Positions 62,731 to 64,000 of a DNA stretch of 64,000 nt are shown piece by piece; position 1 is the stretch's first letter; each line of letters opens with the position of its first letter. The position numbers and the translations under genes were made by a program. The DNA is from Mobula hypostoma. Taxonomy: Eukaryota. The stretch spans positions 184,514,001-184,578,000 of the forward strand of contig NC_086097.1 in NCBI RefSeq assembly GCF_963921235.1. Direction: 5' to 3'. The notes under the pieces are model-generated. The model did no database searches and was not told the DNA's origin. It saw only the letters and a list, made by a program, of their open reading frames with translations.

Positions 62731-63269
62731 AATTTCAGATTTTGCCAGGACCACACACCTCCAGAACGCAAGCAGTTTCTGGCTAGTTGAGACTGACTGC
62801 CCTTAAAATCAAGGTACCCCTTGACAAGGATCTCTGGAGTAAATGAGTATCAGGTGGATGACACAAAGAAAGATGACTGTGGTTGTTAGAGGTTTATTAT
62901 CCCAGCTCCAAAATATCACAGTCGGAGTTCTTCACGACATCGTCCCAGTGCTGACCACCTTCAGCTTCCTCTGCCCATCTGGATGTTCGTTGATGATTAC
63001 ACAATGTTCCATTCCATTTGAAACTTCTCGTCTTATCGTTCAATGGTATGATCGTAGCAAAATACTCTACCAATAATACATACCAAAGTACAGTGATAAA
63101 CTTCTCATGCATACCATTCATACAAATCAGATCATTATGCAGCACACCGAGGTGGAACAAGGTAAAGCAATAACAATGCAGAATAAAGCGTAACAGCTAC
63201 AAAGAAAATGCAGTGCAGTGCAAGATCATGAGGTAGATTAAGAGTCAAGAGTCCAGCAATTCACACAGG

Positions 63270-63490
63270 GAATTTATATTTGCGTCAGCAGCCTGCAAGT
63301 GTCGTCATGCTTCTGGTGTCATAGCATGCCCACAGCTCACTAACCCTAACCCATTAGTCTTAGGAATCTAGAGTACCCAGAGGAAACCCCCACGGTCACA
63401 GAGAAAATGTATAAAACTCCTTACAGACAGACATATTACCCCAGTCTTATAGCCAGTGCTGTAAAGCATTGTACAGCAGTGCTGTAATAA
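63270..63490 (-). mobile_element. Degenerate tRNA-derived SINE
   Basis: Reverse complement of the V-domain-like core (GGAAACCC..AAACTCCTTACAGAC). Confidence 0.6.
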
Positions 63491-64000
63491 CTCTTTTTCT
63501 CGAAAAAGAAGATCTCTTGACTGAAAGCAATGACTGAATTCAGTAAAGTTATATTAGTGATCTCACTGTTGGGCATTCACTCAAAATCTGGATAATTAAC
63601 AGGAAACAGGATTGTCCTTATCTACAGGAGTATATCAGTAAGAGTTTACAAATTCAAGATTCCCACTAAGAGATAAAATTTTTCATTTTGTCTATGTTCC
63701 TGACTTAAAATCAGGTTGAATTTGGATGAAACTCTTAAACCACTACTTTTACAGATAAGAAAATAGTTTTATCTATGAACCCAAGAACAAGTGCTGGAAA
63801 CACCCAGGCAACATCAGTGGAAAGAAAAACAATTAGTTCAGCTCTTTGCCATTTTCTTTGAGACAAAAACAGACCTGCTTTTATTTCAGATTTTAGTCAT
63901 TAAAGGTTTTTTGATTTTTCCTTTGTCAACAAATGCTTTGTGTAGGGCTGCTTTTTCATGTTTTCCTTTGCCTTGTGGGACAAACAAATCATAGTTGAGA

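Overview
Eukaryotic, repeat-dense, apparently intronic or intergenic DNA. The repeat mix (several CR1 LINE families, Rex1/Babar-type LINEs, HE1/V-SINE-like tRNA SINEs, Penelope-like elements, Tc1 transposons) points to a vertebrate, probably a cartilaginous fish (inference). No host gene could be identified; nearly all listed ORFs are transposon fragments or their antisense shadows. A ~19.6-kb nest (9847-29420) consists of an old CR1 split into four pieces by two Rex1 elements and a young CR1, with the larger Rex1 carrying three further CR1 insertions. Best lead: three different CR1 families keep T_TTA_AAC directly before the ORF1 stop, followed by a conserved open -1 frame, the layout of a programmed -1 ribosomal frameshift joining ORF1 to ORF2. 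Also present: a ~3.2-kb inverted repeat, an intact CR1 ORF1, duplicated CR1 promoter modules, a decayed Penelope hammerhead ribozyme, a solo LTR inside a Tc1, and a 32-bp minisatellite. Family names come from motif recognition, not database searches, and boundaries without a TSD or TIR are approximate.
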